This document shows positions 25,229-40,270 of a DNA stretch of 64,000 nucleotides, piece by piece. The stretch is from Macrostomum lignano (taxonomy: Eukaryota). The first letter of the stretch is position 1. Every line of letters starts with the position of its first letter. Location of the stretch: positions 434,001 to 498,000 of the forward strand of contig NIVC01000629.1 of the NCBI GenBank assembly GCA_002269645.1, written 5' to 3'. A program made the position numbers and the translations under genes. The notes below the pieces were generated by a model. That model was not told where the DNA came from. It saw only the letters and a list, made by a program, of their open reading frames with translations, and ran no database searches.

Positions 25229-27502
25229 GACTGCCTCTGAGCTGCCGATCGGGTTATTTTTAGCGAGTCTTTGTCAGGGTTTGGCTGAGTTCTGAAAGGA
25301 TAGGAGACATCGAACGAATTGCTTTTAAATTCAGGCGATCTTTCAATATCTGAATTTAGTCTGTACTTTTATTCGCTGAAACCTATGAAGAACGGAAGCT
25401 TACGAGCTACTGGGATAAAAGCCGGGAGACGGTGAGGCTTGCCACTAAAAAAATAACAAAGCTAATGAGTGCGCTAATTTGCAGTGACAGTGCTGCAGCT
25501 GGCGATGATGTGGGTGTGTTGAAGCCTCCGCAGTCCCCACTACCAGTTGCTGACAGCAGATCCTCTCGTTTATGGAATCCCATCTTAACAACAGCAAACA
25601 GTAGCTAAACAGGATTTCCTTCAGCGGCAAAAACCCGAGGTAGGTGGGACTGAAAGACGGATTCTGCATCAGGCTTTGGGCTTTGGCTTTTAACTTTGTC
25701 AATTTCCTGTAGAAATTTGTCCTCTACTAAAATAAAAAGACAACAAACGATTTCGCTAGATAGTTTGACTTCAAGGAAAACAATACGGACAAAGTGTGCA
25801 ACTGCCTGGGGGTTGAGCGGTCGCACCGGCCGACTTAGCGACACAGTTCTTGCCTGGCCGGATGGCGGCAGCCGGAAGTGAGACCAAATGGGAGAGGATT
25901 AGAAGGACGTCGGATTGGGAGAGAAGCATCGAGACGCAGACAGACAGACGGGGAGGGGAGGGAAGTGCTGTTCTCACACTTGAACGAGCAGTTCACAGGA
26001 ATTTTTAATCAACTGTGAATGAGCGCAGGCTGGCAGACGGACAAGTAAGCGAGGCCAGCGGTCAATCCAGGCTGGACCTGGCATATTATGATTAGCTCAG
26101 AGGCCTCTAACAGAGCTGACCTGCTCTGATGGCAGCTGATTTTCACGTGCTCTCTGACGCGGAAATCAAGTCCCAGCCTAAGCGTCTCGGCTGCTTGGAT
26201 TTGCAATGTGAGCGAGAGAGAGAGAGAGAAATCTTCTCCTAGAAGAAGCAGAGAGGCAAGAAGAGAGCCACCGCCCGCCTCCCCCCCCCCTGTCACAATT
26301 CGGCGGCAGCGTGTATTTGAGCAGCTTAATTGGCTCTCAAGTGGCTGATTGCGCAACGGGTCGACAGCAGGGGAGGGGGCGCAGGTCGCACAGGCCGAGA
26401 GATCAAGCGAGGAGATTGCAGCTTCGAGCTCCAATTTAGGCATTTGCGGCCTGGCAACTGATCATTGTCTCGGGTCTCAAGGCTTTATGGGCTGCCGCCT
26501 ATGGAGGGGCGACCAAGCGGAGACGGGAGAGCACAGGAGGAAAGTGTAGCGTTGCTGAGCCTAGAGGAAGAAGAGCCCAATTAAGAGTCTTGGCTTGTTG
26601 AAAAGATTTTTTTCTTTCAATTTCTAGAGACCTCCAGAGCGCGCCATACAAGGAGGCAAATGGGGATTGCTGAAGCTGTGTTTGTTGAGATAACACGCCC
26701 GCCAAGCCCCAGCAGCAGAAGAGACCACCGAGCCCATGTTGAAACACTTTCCCCGCTAATTTTTCCTTGTTAAAAAGAAGTGGCAAGGCTGTGAGACTGA
26801 CAGGTGCAACAAACCAACACCCGCTGGGAGAAATCTGAGGAGACTGCAAACTTGTTTCGTCTTGTTTTGAAAAGGTGGAACAGGACCTGTGCGGGACCGG
26901 TTTCGGATTCCCTGCAGCCAAAGCACGGATAAAGTGTTTCACAAAATCCCACAGACTCAGATATTTATCAGCGGACAGGATTGGTTGTTGACGAATACAG
27001 GCCACTTGAAACTGAACTTGACACGAATGCTGTTGCATAACAACCGGCCTGACACTCCAGGGAAGCCAGCCGTTGGCTTCGCCGGGAATAAAGAAACACC
27101 TCAAACCAGACAATGAAAGGTCAACGCGTCCGTTCTCGCGTCTCATTGATGGGACGTCTGTCTCAAAGCGTAACTCCCCAAGTGATTGGCAGTCTCTCTA
27201 ATTGTCCCCTCTGCTGCACGGGGTCGGGAACTCTCCCACTGGCTAAGCGAGGCCGCGACCCCAACAGCAGCAGCGGCAGCAGCTAACCGATTCTCTAGCA
27301 GGCCAACGCCATCCATCCACAGATTTGGCCACTTGACCCGATGTTGATGACAGCTGAAGGAGCTGCGGGTTGAACTGCCGTGACTTCCCCGTTCAGTCTC
27401 TACAGCTCTGCGCGCGCAAAGGGTTCAAGTCATTGGTTAGTTCTGCGCCTGGCAATCTAAACTATGGCAATCCAGTTCGCCTGGGTAAGGCATTAATTAG
27501 TT

Positions 27503-28150
<648 letters not shown>

Positions 28151-28728
28151 TTATCTTCTCGGCTGTGTTCCCTCTCTCTCCCTCCCTCGCATCGATAGGA
28201 CCTGAGCACAGTCGAGTGAGCAGACAGACAGCAGATGAAAAATATTTCACTAACTAACCAACGGTAACGAGCCCGTAGAGAAGAAATTCCATCGCCGTTT
28301 CGAGCAACTTCTGCTGCAGCAGCCACTGAGGAGGAAAAAGTCCGCGCCACTCCCAACCGATCGATGCCCGAAGCGACCCCGCGGTGAAGCGCTGCATCCG
28401 TACTGGTGCGGCTAACACAGACTCCCAGAGCAGTCTGATGCAGCGGCACTGCTCAGTCACTGCTCAGCCAGCAGCTCGATACAGAAATCAATTTGCAGTT
28501 TAGAACTTTGGCTTAACAATGGGACCGAGTTATTCGATTTCTTGAACGTTTTTTCTTCTAATTCAGAAGGTAGCGCTTGCGGCATGGGAGTTGGACTTTT
28601 GTCACGGCTTCCACAGCGCCGATGCTGGGGTGATTCAACAGAATTAGCCTAATTTTCAGTGCACTTTTGTGAATTAAGGAATTTTCATATTTTGCTCATT
28701 TTCACTCTGATAGGCGAAGGTTTACTTT

Positions 28729-29191
28729 GAGAGTGAGATGCACACACTGGGAGAGTGAGATGCACACAGTGAAGGAGAGTGAGATGCACACACTGCAGGA
28801 GAGTGGGATGCACACAGTGAAGGAGAGTGAGATGCACACACTGCAGAAGAGTGAGATGCACACACCGCAGGAGAGTGAGATGCACACACTGGGAGAGTGA
28901 GATGCACACAGTGAAGGAGAGTGAGATGCACACACTGCAGGAGAGTGGGATGCACACAGTGAAGGAGAGTGAGATGCACACACTGCAGGAGAGTGGGATG
29001 CACACAGTGAAGGAGAGTGAGATGCACACACTGCAGAAGAGTGAGATGCACACACCGCAGGAGAGTGAGATGCACACACTGGGAGAGTGAGATGCACACA
29101 GTGAAGGAGAGTGAGATGCACACACTGCAGGAGAGTGGGATGCACACAGTGAAGGAGAGTGAGATGCACACAGTGAAGGAGAGTGAGATGC
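28729..29191. repeat. 22-24-bp minisatellite GAGAGTGAGATGCACACA(CTG/GTG).. with higher-order blocks
   Basis: The CTGG variant recurs at 142- and 190-bp spacing. Confidence 0.95.
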
Positions 29192-29904
29192 AGACCGGTA
29201 GGCAGACAGTTGTCATTCCTGTAAAACAATGCCCAAAAGCCACCTGCACCCAACCCGTAAGTCCCAAAGCTTGCCATGCTGATGAATGCTCAGGCCTGAG
29301 GTAGAAACCAAATTTAATATTCAGCTGAGCACTGGGGGGACACGGAAATGATGAGCAGAGAGTAGAGGGGGGTGGCGCACCACCAGTTGCTTCCATATCA
29401 CAGCGGCGTGAGTTCCATCTCGCAGAAGGTAGACTTTTTACAAGCAATCGTGTTGCTGCAGGACCAGAATTTTACCAATCGTTTGCAAGCTGACGTGTTT
29501 GGCCTCATCCTATTGAAATTATTTTATTCTAAAAACTCAGTTAGAGGGCTATGGCGCGGAGGTGGAGCTTGGGGTGGGTTTGCATGATTGATGCAGCTGG
29601 GACTACTAGTCTACTACATCGGAGTGGGCCTGCAGCTCGCTGTTTCCTACCAACATTTTTATCCATCTGTTCAATGCTGGCAAGATTGATGAATTAAAAA
29701 TTTGAATGCTTCTGAAACTGGGCGACTCTCCATTCGTTTTGACACTAATGAGAACAATTATAGGCTATCGAGAGAAGGGAGAGAGTTGATGGCGATAATG
29801 CCGTTGCCTGCCGATATGTTGCGTTGCATGGTTATTTTTTCGGGGTGGGCAATCAGGCAGACACTCACACAGGGCCAACTGTCCGCGCTCAATCCAAAAT
29901 GAAT

Positions 29905-29940
29905 TTGGCCAAGCCGCCGAATCGAACCCGGGACCTTTAG
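29905..29940 (-). other. tRNA-like T-arm / Pol III box B remnant (possible SINE head fragment)
   Basis: Minus strand reads CTAAAGGTCCCGGGTTCGATTCGGCGGCTTGGCCAA, with box B GGTTCGATTC. The 5' half is replaced by the GACA tract. Confidence 0.45.
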
Positions 29941-30248
<308 letters not shown>

Positions 30249-30764
30249 TACGATGTCGTATGCTCCAATTTAGCAACCTATTTCCCGAGTAAATTGAATC
30301 AAGCGACTTTTTGCTAATTTTTCTCGCTCTGTTGCGTAACTCCAGCCGGCACCAGCTCCCGAGATTTTGGGATTCAAGCGGCCAGGCTGTGGTCGCGAGG
30401 GTAAAAGTAACTTTTTTGCTAATTGCTCCGCTCCTGGCTGCACCTAACAAGGCCAATTGTCTGTCTGCTCCCCAGAAGCAGAGTCTGAGTAGCTTGAGTC
30501 CGGCTTGTTGTTGGCAAACAGTGCCGCCAACTGGTCTGGGTGGGGATATGAAATACAGAAATCCACCCGATTCCCGTGGGACACTGGGCTCGGTCTGAGT
30601 CACTCCGAGTCCGAGCTCGGAGGTAGCGAACGGGAAAATATTTGCCCGGAGACCCGGCGGCTGATGGGGGGGCGGAATTCCTGACAGAAATTGTCCCAAA
30701 GTTAGCATAAATCGGTAGTAACGGGTGCTGGGAGTTGCCTCTGATTGCTTGAGAATTTTGTCCT

Positions 30765-31492
30765 TGTGTCTGTCTCAGTGTCTGCCTTAGTGTCTGGCTC
30801 AGTGTCTGTCTCAGTGTCTGCCTCAGTGTCTGTCCCAGTGTCTGTCTCAGTGTCTGTCCCAGTGTCTGTCTCAGTGTCTGTCTCAGTGTCTGTCTCAGTG
30901 TCTGCCTCAGTGTCTGTCTCAGTGTCTGCCTCAGTGTCTGTCCCAGTGTCTGTCTCAGTGTCTGTCCCAGTGTCTGTCTCAGTGTCTGTCTCAGTGTCTG
31001 TCTCAGTGTCTGTCTCAGTGTCTGTCTCAGTGTCTGTCTCAGTGTCTGTCTCAGTGTCTGTCTCAGTGTCTGTCCCAGTGTCTGTCTCAGTGTCTGTCTC
31101 AGTGTCTGTCTCAGTGTCTGTCTCAGTGTCTGCCTCAGTGTCTGCCTCAGTGTCTGTCCCAGTGTCTGTCTCAGTGTCTGTCCCAGTGTCTGTCTCAGTG
31201 TCTGTCTCAGTGTCTGTCTCAGTGTCTGTCTCAGTGTCTGCCTCAGTGTCTGTCTCAGTGTCTGTCTCAGTGTCTGTCTCAGTGTCTGTCTCAGTGTCTG
31301 TCTTAGTGTCTGTCTCAGTGTCTGTCTCAGTGTCTGTCTTAGTGTCTGTCTCAGTGTCTGATTCAGTGTCTGCTTTAGTGTCTGTCTCAGTGTCTGTCTC
31401 AGTGTCTGCCTTAGTGTCTGTCTCAGTGTCTGCCTTAGTGTCTGTCTCAGTGTCTGCCTTAGTGTCTGTCTCAGTGTCTGCCTTAGTGTCTG
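30765..31492. repeat. 12-bp minisatellite (CAGTGTCTGTCT)
   Basis: About 60 copies; gives the SVSV and QTLR ORFs. Confidence 0.97.
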
Positions 31493-32527
31493 ATTGTCTC
31501 CGACGTGATCACCCACTTTCAGCAAAAGCAGGAGGGAGCCGCAGGGGCGGGGAATAGACAGGGCCTGGACTATTTAGCAGCGAACGCCCTCCCCTGAATT
31601 GGATTGAACTGAGCGAAGACAGCGCAGGGCAGAGGATCGGTCTCAAAAGCTTATTCTGTTTATTCCATTTCAATATTTCTCCCGAGAGCGCCTCTGGCAC
31701 ATTGACAAGCATGCGATGTGCATGCGTTCTTCTTTCTCCGCTCCCCTAGAAGAAGAACCGCGCCAATGACTCTAGGCAAGCCAGCAAAACTAATAAGCAT
31801 AATTGGGGCTGCAGAATCCCTCCGCAGACGGCGCCAAAGCCCGTTCGAGACTTGTGGGATTTCAATTCTCTTAGACGCCCAAAACTCTGAGCTGAGCGCG
31901 TGTCGCCGGCCTCCCCGCTTATTCCTCGGGCCAGAGGCTCGACCGGCTTCGTTAGGCAGTTAAAAACGGCCGCGCTCTCCCTATGGGATATTTTTCCCCA
32001 CGGGGGCGATTACGGCATCTCTGTGGAGGGGGGGGGGGTGGAGGGCAAAGGGGGGCTCTGACCCCATGCTACTGCATTGGCTGGCGAGAGTCAAGTGTTG
32101 ACCAGCTGACTTCGGAGACTCACTGGAACTGCTCAAGCAGCCCGCTGCCCACTGTTCCCAGTAGAAATCCCAAATTTTAACCCCCCCCATCCATCATCCC
32201 GTCGCCGGGTTTCATAGGCAATTTCTTGAATTGATTCGAGAAGGCGGGGGGACTGACCGGATTAACATAAGGCTGCCGACCCCCCGCTCCCTCAATAGCT
32301 GAGGGTGTTTATTATAAGTTAAACGGCCGCGTGTCACTTTATAATGTATTCGAATTCGAAATAGTCAGAAACTCGAATTTAAATTGACTATTGCGTCCAG
32401 CATTTTATTGCGTCACTTTTGCCGGAGGGTTCGGTTTGGGGTTCGGGGGGGGGAATTGAGAGTTGGGAAATTTACTTGCGGTGAGAGAGGGATCGAGAAC
32501 GGCTACAAACAGTCCGAGATGTCTGAA

Positions 32528-33228
32528 AGGGTCAGGGAGGGTCGGGTAGGGTTAGAGAGGGTCAGGGAGGGTTGAGTAGGGTTAGAGAGGGTCAGGGAGG
32601 GTTGAGTAGGGTTAGAGAGGGTCAGGGAGGGTTGAGTAGGGTTAGAGAGGGTCAGCGAGGGTTGAGTAGGGTTAGAGAGGGTCAGGGAGGGTTGAGTAGG
32701 GTTAGAGAGGGTCAGGGAGGGTTGAGTAGGGTTAGAGAGGGTCAGAGAGGGTTGAGTAGGGTTAGAGAGGGTCAGGGAGGGTTGAGTAGGGTTAGAGAGG
32801 ATCAGGGAGGGTTGAGTAGGGTTAGAGTGGGTCAGGGAGGGTTGAGTAGGGTTAGAGGGGATCAGCGAGGGTTGAGTAGGGTTAGAGAGGGTCAGCGAGG
32901 GTTGAGTAGGGTTAGAGAGGGTCAGCGAGGGTTGAGTAGGGTTAGAGAGGGTCAGCGAGGGTTGAGTAGGGTTAGAGAGGGTCAGCGAGGGTTGAGTAGG
33001 GTTAGAGAGGGTCAGCGAGGGTTGAGTAGGGTTAGAGAGGGTCAGCGAGGGTTGAGTAGGGTTAGAGAGGGTCAGTGAGGGTTGAGTAGGGTTAGAGAGG
33101 GTCAGGGAGGGTTGAGTAGGGTTAGAGAGGGTCAGGGAGGGTTGAGTAGGGTTAGAGAGGGTCAGGGAGGGTTGAGTAGGGTTAGAGAGGGTCATGAAGG
33201 GTTGAGTAGGGTTAGAGAGGGTCAGAGA
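32528..33228. repeat. 30-bp G-rich minisatellite GGGTTAGAGAGGGTCAGGGAGGGTTGAGTA
   Basis: About 23 copies. Confidence 0.97.
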
Positions 33229-35541
33229 GTACATGTGAGATTTCGGGTAGTCAAGACAGACATTGACATCAGTGCAACATAATTTTAAAATTTGAAATTG
33301 ACGATAATCGAGATTTTCAGATCGATCGGCCTCATTGCTGTTGCAGTGTTGCAGATGTTGCTATAATGTGAAGCAAATTAATTTAGCCAATCACAAAGGG
33401 GCCACAGCACAGGCCATTGTCCCAGTCGAGACAGAACACTCGATGCCAAGAAACGCCAGCAACGCTACAGAGTTAATGATATAAAATTACAGATTGCAGG
33501 CCAGGGATCCAAGCTTAGCAGTCTAGAATTCACATTTAGGAAGCCATTGAGCTGTCTCCACAAGACTGCCTGAGCTGCCTTTATGAAAGGATGATGACGG
33601 CGCCCAATTTCAAGGGAAATTCTTTTGCAACAGTCTTCACTGGGGACGGGTTTTGCTGCTCAAACAGCAACCGAAAAACCTTTTTGATGCATTTTCTCCA
33701 TTAGATAAGACAGAAAAGAGAGGATGGAATCATGAGAAGAATTCCTGACCTCCCCAGGGGAGAAGCAAAGTGCAATTTTTATAGAAATCTGTCCACAAGT
33801 GTAGCTAAATGGTGTTTTTCTCCACGCTATCCGTGATTTGCACTCACAAATCTGCTCAAATATCGAATTGCAGTGATTGGGGTAAGAGTGGCAAGCCAGG
33901 CTCTTTGCTGCAGTTAAGAGTACTAACCATCTCAGGAAGTGCATTTCACAATTCCATAATTCATAGGTACCGATCTTCACATGGGCAGATTCTACTAGCC
34001 TGACTACTCATCAACTGGGGTGGAGAGAACTATCAAGCGGGCGATAAGACCTGAGTCATGGATTCAACCAACTCGCATGACCCCCGAACTACCTACGAGT
34101 AGATCGAGTGATTGGGATTGAATACGCGGAGGGAGGCGTTGAAGCAGGTCTACCCTGCCCTCAGACTGGGAGATACCTGAACACTGCATGTGTACCCTTT
34201 CAATCCTCTCATGCTATGCAGCTAGTAGGAATGCCAGCCATCAAAAGTGTTGGAGAATTGCAGCGTGTCGGGAAGGTGGGAAATAAAAGAGAAAAGGCTC
34301 GACTGCTGTAGTAGGAGAGAGAGGCCGGGCCCGCCTGATGCAGGAAACTTCAGGTGAGAGAGGGAGATGAAGAGCGGGCCAGGGGATCTGCAGGTGGTTG
34401 ACTTCCGCGGCCCGGGGGGAGGGGGGTCGGGCAGGGATTGTCTAAAGTGGTTGCGCCCGCGGTGTGCGCAAGAAGGTTGTTTACACCGAAAACACGAGCG
34501 GATCGCAGCCCCCCCCCTGCCCAGCTTCCTGGGGTCAGAGAACTGGCGGTGCGTGCAAAAAAATTGGAACAAAAAATTGCCTGATAATTTTTTCCCAAGG
34601 ATTTTTACCCCCCCCCCCCAAAGGCGCACGGAGATTGTAGGGCTGGGGGTCTGGTACTAGGGCGTGGACCAGTTCCACTGAGAAACCCGAGTCGGTCTGG
34701 GAGATGGTGCTGGTGCTGACTGGTGCTCGCTCGCACAAAGGAAAACGGTTTTTTGCGATAAAGCGAAGCTGCAGAGCTGAGTAGATGGAGTCACAGAGGT
34801 CTCCGGTTTCTCATCCCAGCCCTGCAGTCGGAGTGCTAGGAAGAATCTGAATCTGAAGACCCTCGCCTGCTCTGAATTGAGTAGATGAGTCAGTCAGGTG
34901 ATCATCAATCTATTATTGGAATTTCTACTGAAATTTACCGAGAGAAATCTGTAAGTTAAGCAGTGTTGAACACGGTTAGTGCAACAGATGAATAGCAAAT
35001 CCAAAAAATTAACAGTTTCGTGGCTCATCAACTTTCTGTTGGAATGCTAAGATCTAGTTCAAGTCAAAACTAATCCGTTTTAGTGGTTTCCAGTCCTGTG
35101 AACTTAATGGTCCATGATCTACAGACTCTGTAGGCAACAGCATAAAAAACGAAAGGGACAATTCATCAGGATTGGGAAGAACTGCGACAAGAGGCTGATA
35201 AAATCCCATCACGTTGCTGCCAGAGGTGCCAGCTGCACCCCGCAGCAGCCAGCCAGCCTCCCAAGAGAGCCGGGGAATGCAGGAGAAGAGGAAGTGGCAA
35301 ATTACGGTTTCGTCTGAGGTGCGGGTGAATCAGGGACAAGTTGACAGAGAAGGATTTCTTGCAGAAAGCTGAGCACATGAGCTTAGAAGTCAGTAGAGCT
35401 GATGCCGCAACTGTGGGTGCAAAGCGCTTTTTGGGGAACCCATTTGGGATTCGCGCACAATCTTACTGTAAAGGAAAGTTTTAATGCAGTTTTTCGGTTT
35501 TATTAATCCAAAGAGCTGCATATGCTCACTTGCGGTACGCA

Positions 35542-36032
35542 ATGTGTCCACTGGATCTGCTGGATCTGGGATGGAATGTGTCCACTGGATCTGCTGGATC
35601 TGGGATGGAATGTGTCCACTGGATCTGCTGGATCTGGGATGAAATGTGTCCACTGGATCTGCTGGATCTGGGATGAAATGTGTCCACTGGATCTGCTGGA
35701 TCTGGGATGAAATGTGTCCACTGGATCTGCTGGATCTGGGATGAAATGTGTTCATTGGATCTACTGGATCTGGGATGAAATGTGTCCACTGGATCTGGGA
35801 TGAAATGTGTCCACTGGATCTGGGATGAAATGTGTCCACTGGATCTGCTGGATCTGGGATGAAATGTGTCCACTGGATCTGGGATGAAATGTGTCCACTG
35901 GATCTGGGATGAAATGTGTCCACTGGATCTGGGATGAAATGTGTCCACTGGATCTGCTAGATCTGGGATGAAATGTGTCCACTGGATGAAGTGTGTCCAC
36001 TAGAATTAATGTGTCCACGGGATCTGGGATGA
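35542..36032. repeat. 33/24-bp minisatellite (AATGTGTCCACTGGATCT[GCTGGATCT]GGGATGA)
   Basis: Two unit lengths differing by an internal 9-bp duplication. Confidence 0.95.
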
Positions 36033-38059
36033 ACTGCGACTCTGTATTGCCATGCTTTCGCACCCCAAGAATCCGCTGACTAAGAGGTCCCAACTTGACG
36101 TCCAAACTGACTCACGATCACCAATGCCTTCAAAAATTTTCCCATTGAGGAAAAACTTTCTCCTCAATTGGATCTCAGGAATCCCCCGTGCCCGTAGCCG
36201 GACTCGCCCCCTGGGGACAGCTTAGCCTCAGTAGCGGCCAGAGAGCTGATTGAAAGGCAAAAAGTGGACACACCGGCCGGCCCTCCAATTCATATCTCCA
36301 AAAGCTTGAAGTTCCGATTTCTTTATGAGCTTCTGTTCTCCATGCCGACTCGGTCCGATATCTCTCTCTGTACTGGCCTAAACCCCCACCAGTCTCAGCA
36401 GAGGATTACGCAACATCGCAGAACCCGGAGCAGCCCCCGAGCGTCAATCAGTGTCAGAAACCGCGTCCAGCTTCCCTCCCTCCTGAGTCTCTTTATCGGC
36501 GAATGAAAGCAAAACGAAACTCGCTCCGAAATACAATTAGCGAGCCGCTGCTGGGATCGAATCGGAAAGCAGGTTTTTTCCCAATGAGATAATAGCGGAT
36601 TTTTTAAAATGCATTGAGATTCGTTAGATTTGTACCATGATTTTTTTAATTCGGAGAAGGCCGCAGGCACGTTCAATTCGTCTTACAAACTAGCTAACAG
36701 GCAGTCATGAAGGTCCCAAAACTTTGCTAGTTGCTAGTTGATAAATAATCTCTTTAATTTGCTTTCAATAAGCAGACAATTTACTCACCTCAATTTCTTT
36801 CACTAAGAAACCGGTCGTTCCGTCCAGTCCAATACCAGTATTAATTTGGATAACTGCGCAAGAATGCTTCTGACCATTCAGGAAAATGCCTGCTTTCCAA
36901 TGCTCTAATTTTGTCTGCCTACGAGTTGGGCTATCCTACAGCAAAACGGCTTTACTATATCTGTGTTGAAGGCTTGAGGCCAGCCGTCATTGGCTGGGTT
37001 GGCCCCACAGCCAATCGCTGCATGGGCAATGCAGTTTTGCCAGCTAAATGCTGCAGACAAAAGAAAGATAGGAAAGGACAGGGAAGCTGCTAGCTAAGTG
37101 TTGGCTGATGCATTGCCCGGATGCATGCATGTTGTCTTTGCTCATTGTTGGTCAGGATTTCGTGCCTCGTTCTTTTTTTAGCCAAGTATTAAACCGGTTA
37201 TAGAAAGCAAATCAGGAATTTTCCGCCATTCAAGCCAGCTGAGGTGGGGGATGGCGGGAAGCGGGGCAGATGGCCGCCTTGTCCTTCCTGGCTCTGGCAA
37301 TAAACAAATGCCCAGAATGATAATTGGTTTATTGCCAAGGTCTAGACCCGCCTATATCGTCACTCACTAACTATTTTCAAAAGCCCCCCTTCCATGTACT
37401 GGATAAATTTTCCAAAGGCGCAATAAAAGCCAAGGTAAAAAGTTGCTGTGCAAATGCGAGTTTTGACCTAATTTAAGACACAAGCACATTTCGCGTGGCT
37501 TGTTAGTAAAACTTCGTTAGCTATATGCTATCATTATTCTAACTTCATAACGTCATCTGGATCTGGGTGACCTCAACTGCACTTTAATAGAAATGATGAA
37601 GAAGGCAGGATATGACTGAACAATTCGGAACAGTTGTAAAAAAATTGCAACAAACAATCCGATGCATCAAGGATTCCGTCTGTATTATCTACGAGACACA
37701 ACATCTTCTTGAAGTATTTCAGTTCCTGCATTTTTGGAATCCTTATATTGGCGGCCGGCTGCCCAGACAGCATGAATCATTCCTCTTGTCCTGCAGTATC
37801 TAGGCATCCGCGCGGTATTAAGTTTATAGATCAAGGATCAAAAGTGCATCAAGGATTCGTAAGTGTAGGTTGGAATATTGTCTCTACGAGCTATTTCACA
37901 GTGACTAAGTGCGGAACCACAATTTAGATGAAGTACTAAATTTTATTATAGACTTGTCGGCTTGCGTTAGAATTTTCTGTGTTTCCAGTTCTGTACGACA
38001 GATTTATTCCTGGGATGGCACACTCTCACACGAATGGTCACTATCGAATCAATTACCGA

Positions 38060-38385
38060 CGTGAGGCTGGTGTTAAGAGGGGCAGAGATTATTCAAAAGA
38101 ATGTACATTGTAGCGCGAGCGACCCTCACCCCAATCAATTTCTGGCGTGAGACTGGTGTTAAGAGGGGCAGAGATTATTCAAAAGAATGTACATTGTCGC
38201 GCGAGCGACCCTCACCCCAATCAATTTCTGGCGTGAGACTGGTGTTAAGAGGGGTAGAGATTATTCAAAAGAAGTACATTTTCGCGCGAGCGACCCTCAC
38301 CCCAATCAATTTCTGGCGTGAGGCTGGTGTTAAGAGGGACAGAGATTATTCAAAAGAATGTACATTGTCGAGCGAGCGACCTCCA
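38060..38385. repeat. 86-bp tandem repeat, about 3.8 copies
   Basis: GTGAG(G/A)CTGGTGTTAAGAGGG recurs at 38061, 38147, 38233 and 38318. Confidence 0.93.
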
Positions 38386-39949
38386 CCCACCTTTATATGC
38401 ACGTCACTAGCCAATCGGTATTTAGTCCATTTAGCCCAAGCTAATATAGCCGTCCTCATTTTCTATACAGTTCCAATGCATCGAGCACTGTTGACGGATT
38501 AACAGTGCAACTTTTTTGTTATCGAAGAAGTGCCTTCTAAACCGGAAAATCTTTTTCTAGCAGAACGCTGAAAGATCGAAGGAAAGAAAGGATAGTTGAC
38601 AACTGATCCACCCAGTCCTGAATGGAGCTGCAGGAGTCCATAGGGTTGCGAAGAGTTCTGCTATAGCCAAAATAGGGGGGAATAGGTGAAGCAGCGAGAA
38701 TTTCCTTGTTGCCTGCTCTCTTCAAAAACAAGGTGGCGTTTCGCGCCAATTTCTGAAATCAATATTGGCAACAGCCGCAGCAAACTAGCTGGTTAGTACG
38801 TGAATTATTAGTTCCCGAAACTCCCCTACCAGTCCTCTTTGGTCTGCTGCACGGGATCAGTGAGTCTTGAAGAGGGGAGGCAAGGAAATGTCTCTGCCAG
38901 ACGCCTGGCTTAGAAAGATTTTTTCCAACTTTTACATTCTCACTTAGTCCTGTTCCTCGCCAACAAGTCGTGTTTTGTGTTTCAAGCTCCATCAGGACTG
39001 CCAGCTTCCCCCCCCCCCTCCCTCCACCCCTGACACAATGCCTGTCAGCCCTAACCTCGCCGTCAAGCCAGATCCCAACGCAGGCCTTCAACAGCAGCGG
39101 AGTTCACTATAAAGCAGCCGATCCGCTGCGGTTTCAATCTTTAGTTAGTGATTTTTTTCTCTTAAAAATCCAGAAAACACTGTCCGGAGTCCGAACTGCC
39201 TCGTTTCCCTTTTTTAAATTGTGTGGCAACTTCTGAAACTTTTTGGTTTTGGTGAAAGAAAGAATAAGAGAGAGAGAGAGAGGCCGGTAAGAAAGGGCAG
39301 GACTAATGAGGCTTCTGGAATTTCACTGATTTCTTTTCACTTTCTGTTCTGCCCCACTGCGCAACCCTCTGAACCGCTCAGTCTCTCCCTCACGACGCGC
39401 CACACCTCTCGCGTTGCAAAGGGCATTTTTCCCTGTCTTTCTTCTTGCAGTATTTTTTACATTTTCCCGCTGCCACTTTCTTCTCCTCCGCTGATAAAAT
39501 AATGAATAGCGCTTCCCTCAAGACTGGATGCACAACTGGGAAACAGGGGGCCGCTGTGATGGCGGTTTTACAAGCGTAAGTTAGCGAGGATGGGCCCTGT
39601 CGGTTACCAATTTCATGGCGGATACCAGACCTGCAACAAAGACCAACTACGCTCGTACACTGCCCATTATTGTCTGTCTGTGTCCCCCGTGCAACTTCTG
39701 CTGCACTATCATACAGACACAGCCGCGGCCCACCCAGCAACAGAGAGTTCGAGAGATTACACACACCGCATCATAGTCGGCCAAGACGTGTCTGCTTCTG
39801 TAGAAATTACTGCTTGAGGATTCAAATTAACTTTCTGTGCTTATCAGTTTCTGTCTGGAGCAACTGCGCGGGAGATCTGAACAGGTCTGGCATAAAACTC
39901 TAACGAATACAGCCTCGGCTCCTAAATCTGCCTCTCCGCTTCCTCGGTG

Positions 39950-40270
39950 TCCTTGAATCTGCGTCTCCACTCCTGAATCTGCCTCTATTCTTGGAATCTG
40001 CCGCTCTATTCCTGGAATCTGCCGCTCTATTCCTGGAATCTGCCGCTCTATTCCTGGAATCTGCCGCTCTATTCCTGGAATCTGCCGCTCTATTCCTGGA
40101 ATCTGCCGCTCTATTCCTGGAATCTGCCGCTCTATTCCTGGAATCTGCCGCTCTATTCCTGGAAACTGCCGCTCTATTCCTGGAATCTGCCGCTCTATTC
40201 CTGGAATCTGCCGCTCTATTCCTGGAATCTGCCGCTCTATTCCTGGAATCTGCCGCTCTATTCCTGGAAT
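39950..40270. repeat. 21-bp minisatellite (GGAATCTGCCGCTCTATTCCT)
   Basis: About 14 nearly identical copies. Confidence 0.96.

Noticed and set aside
29270-29330. Hammerhead-like CTGATGA...GAAAC
   Set aside because: Stem II does not close canonically and no complementary stems I/III with a GUH cleavage triplet could be formed.
36139-36172. Hairpin ATTGAGGA...TCCTCAAT
   Set aside because: An isolated 8-10 bp stem with no supporting context; expected by chance in 64 kb.
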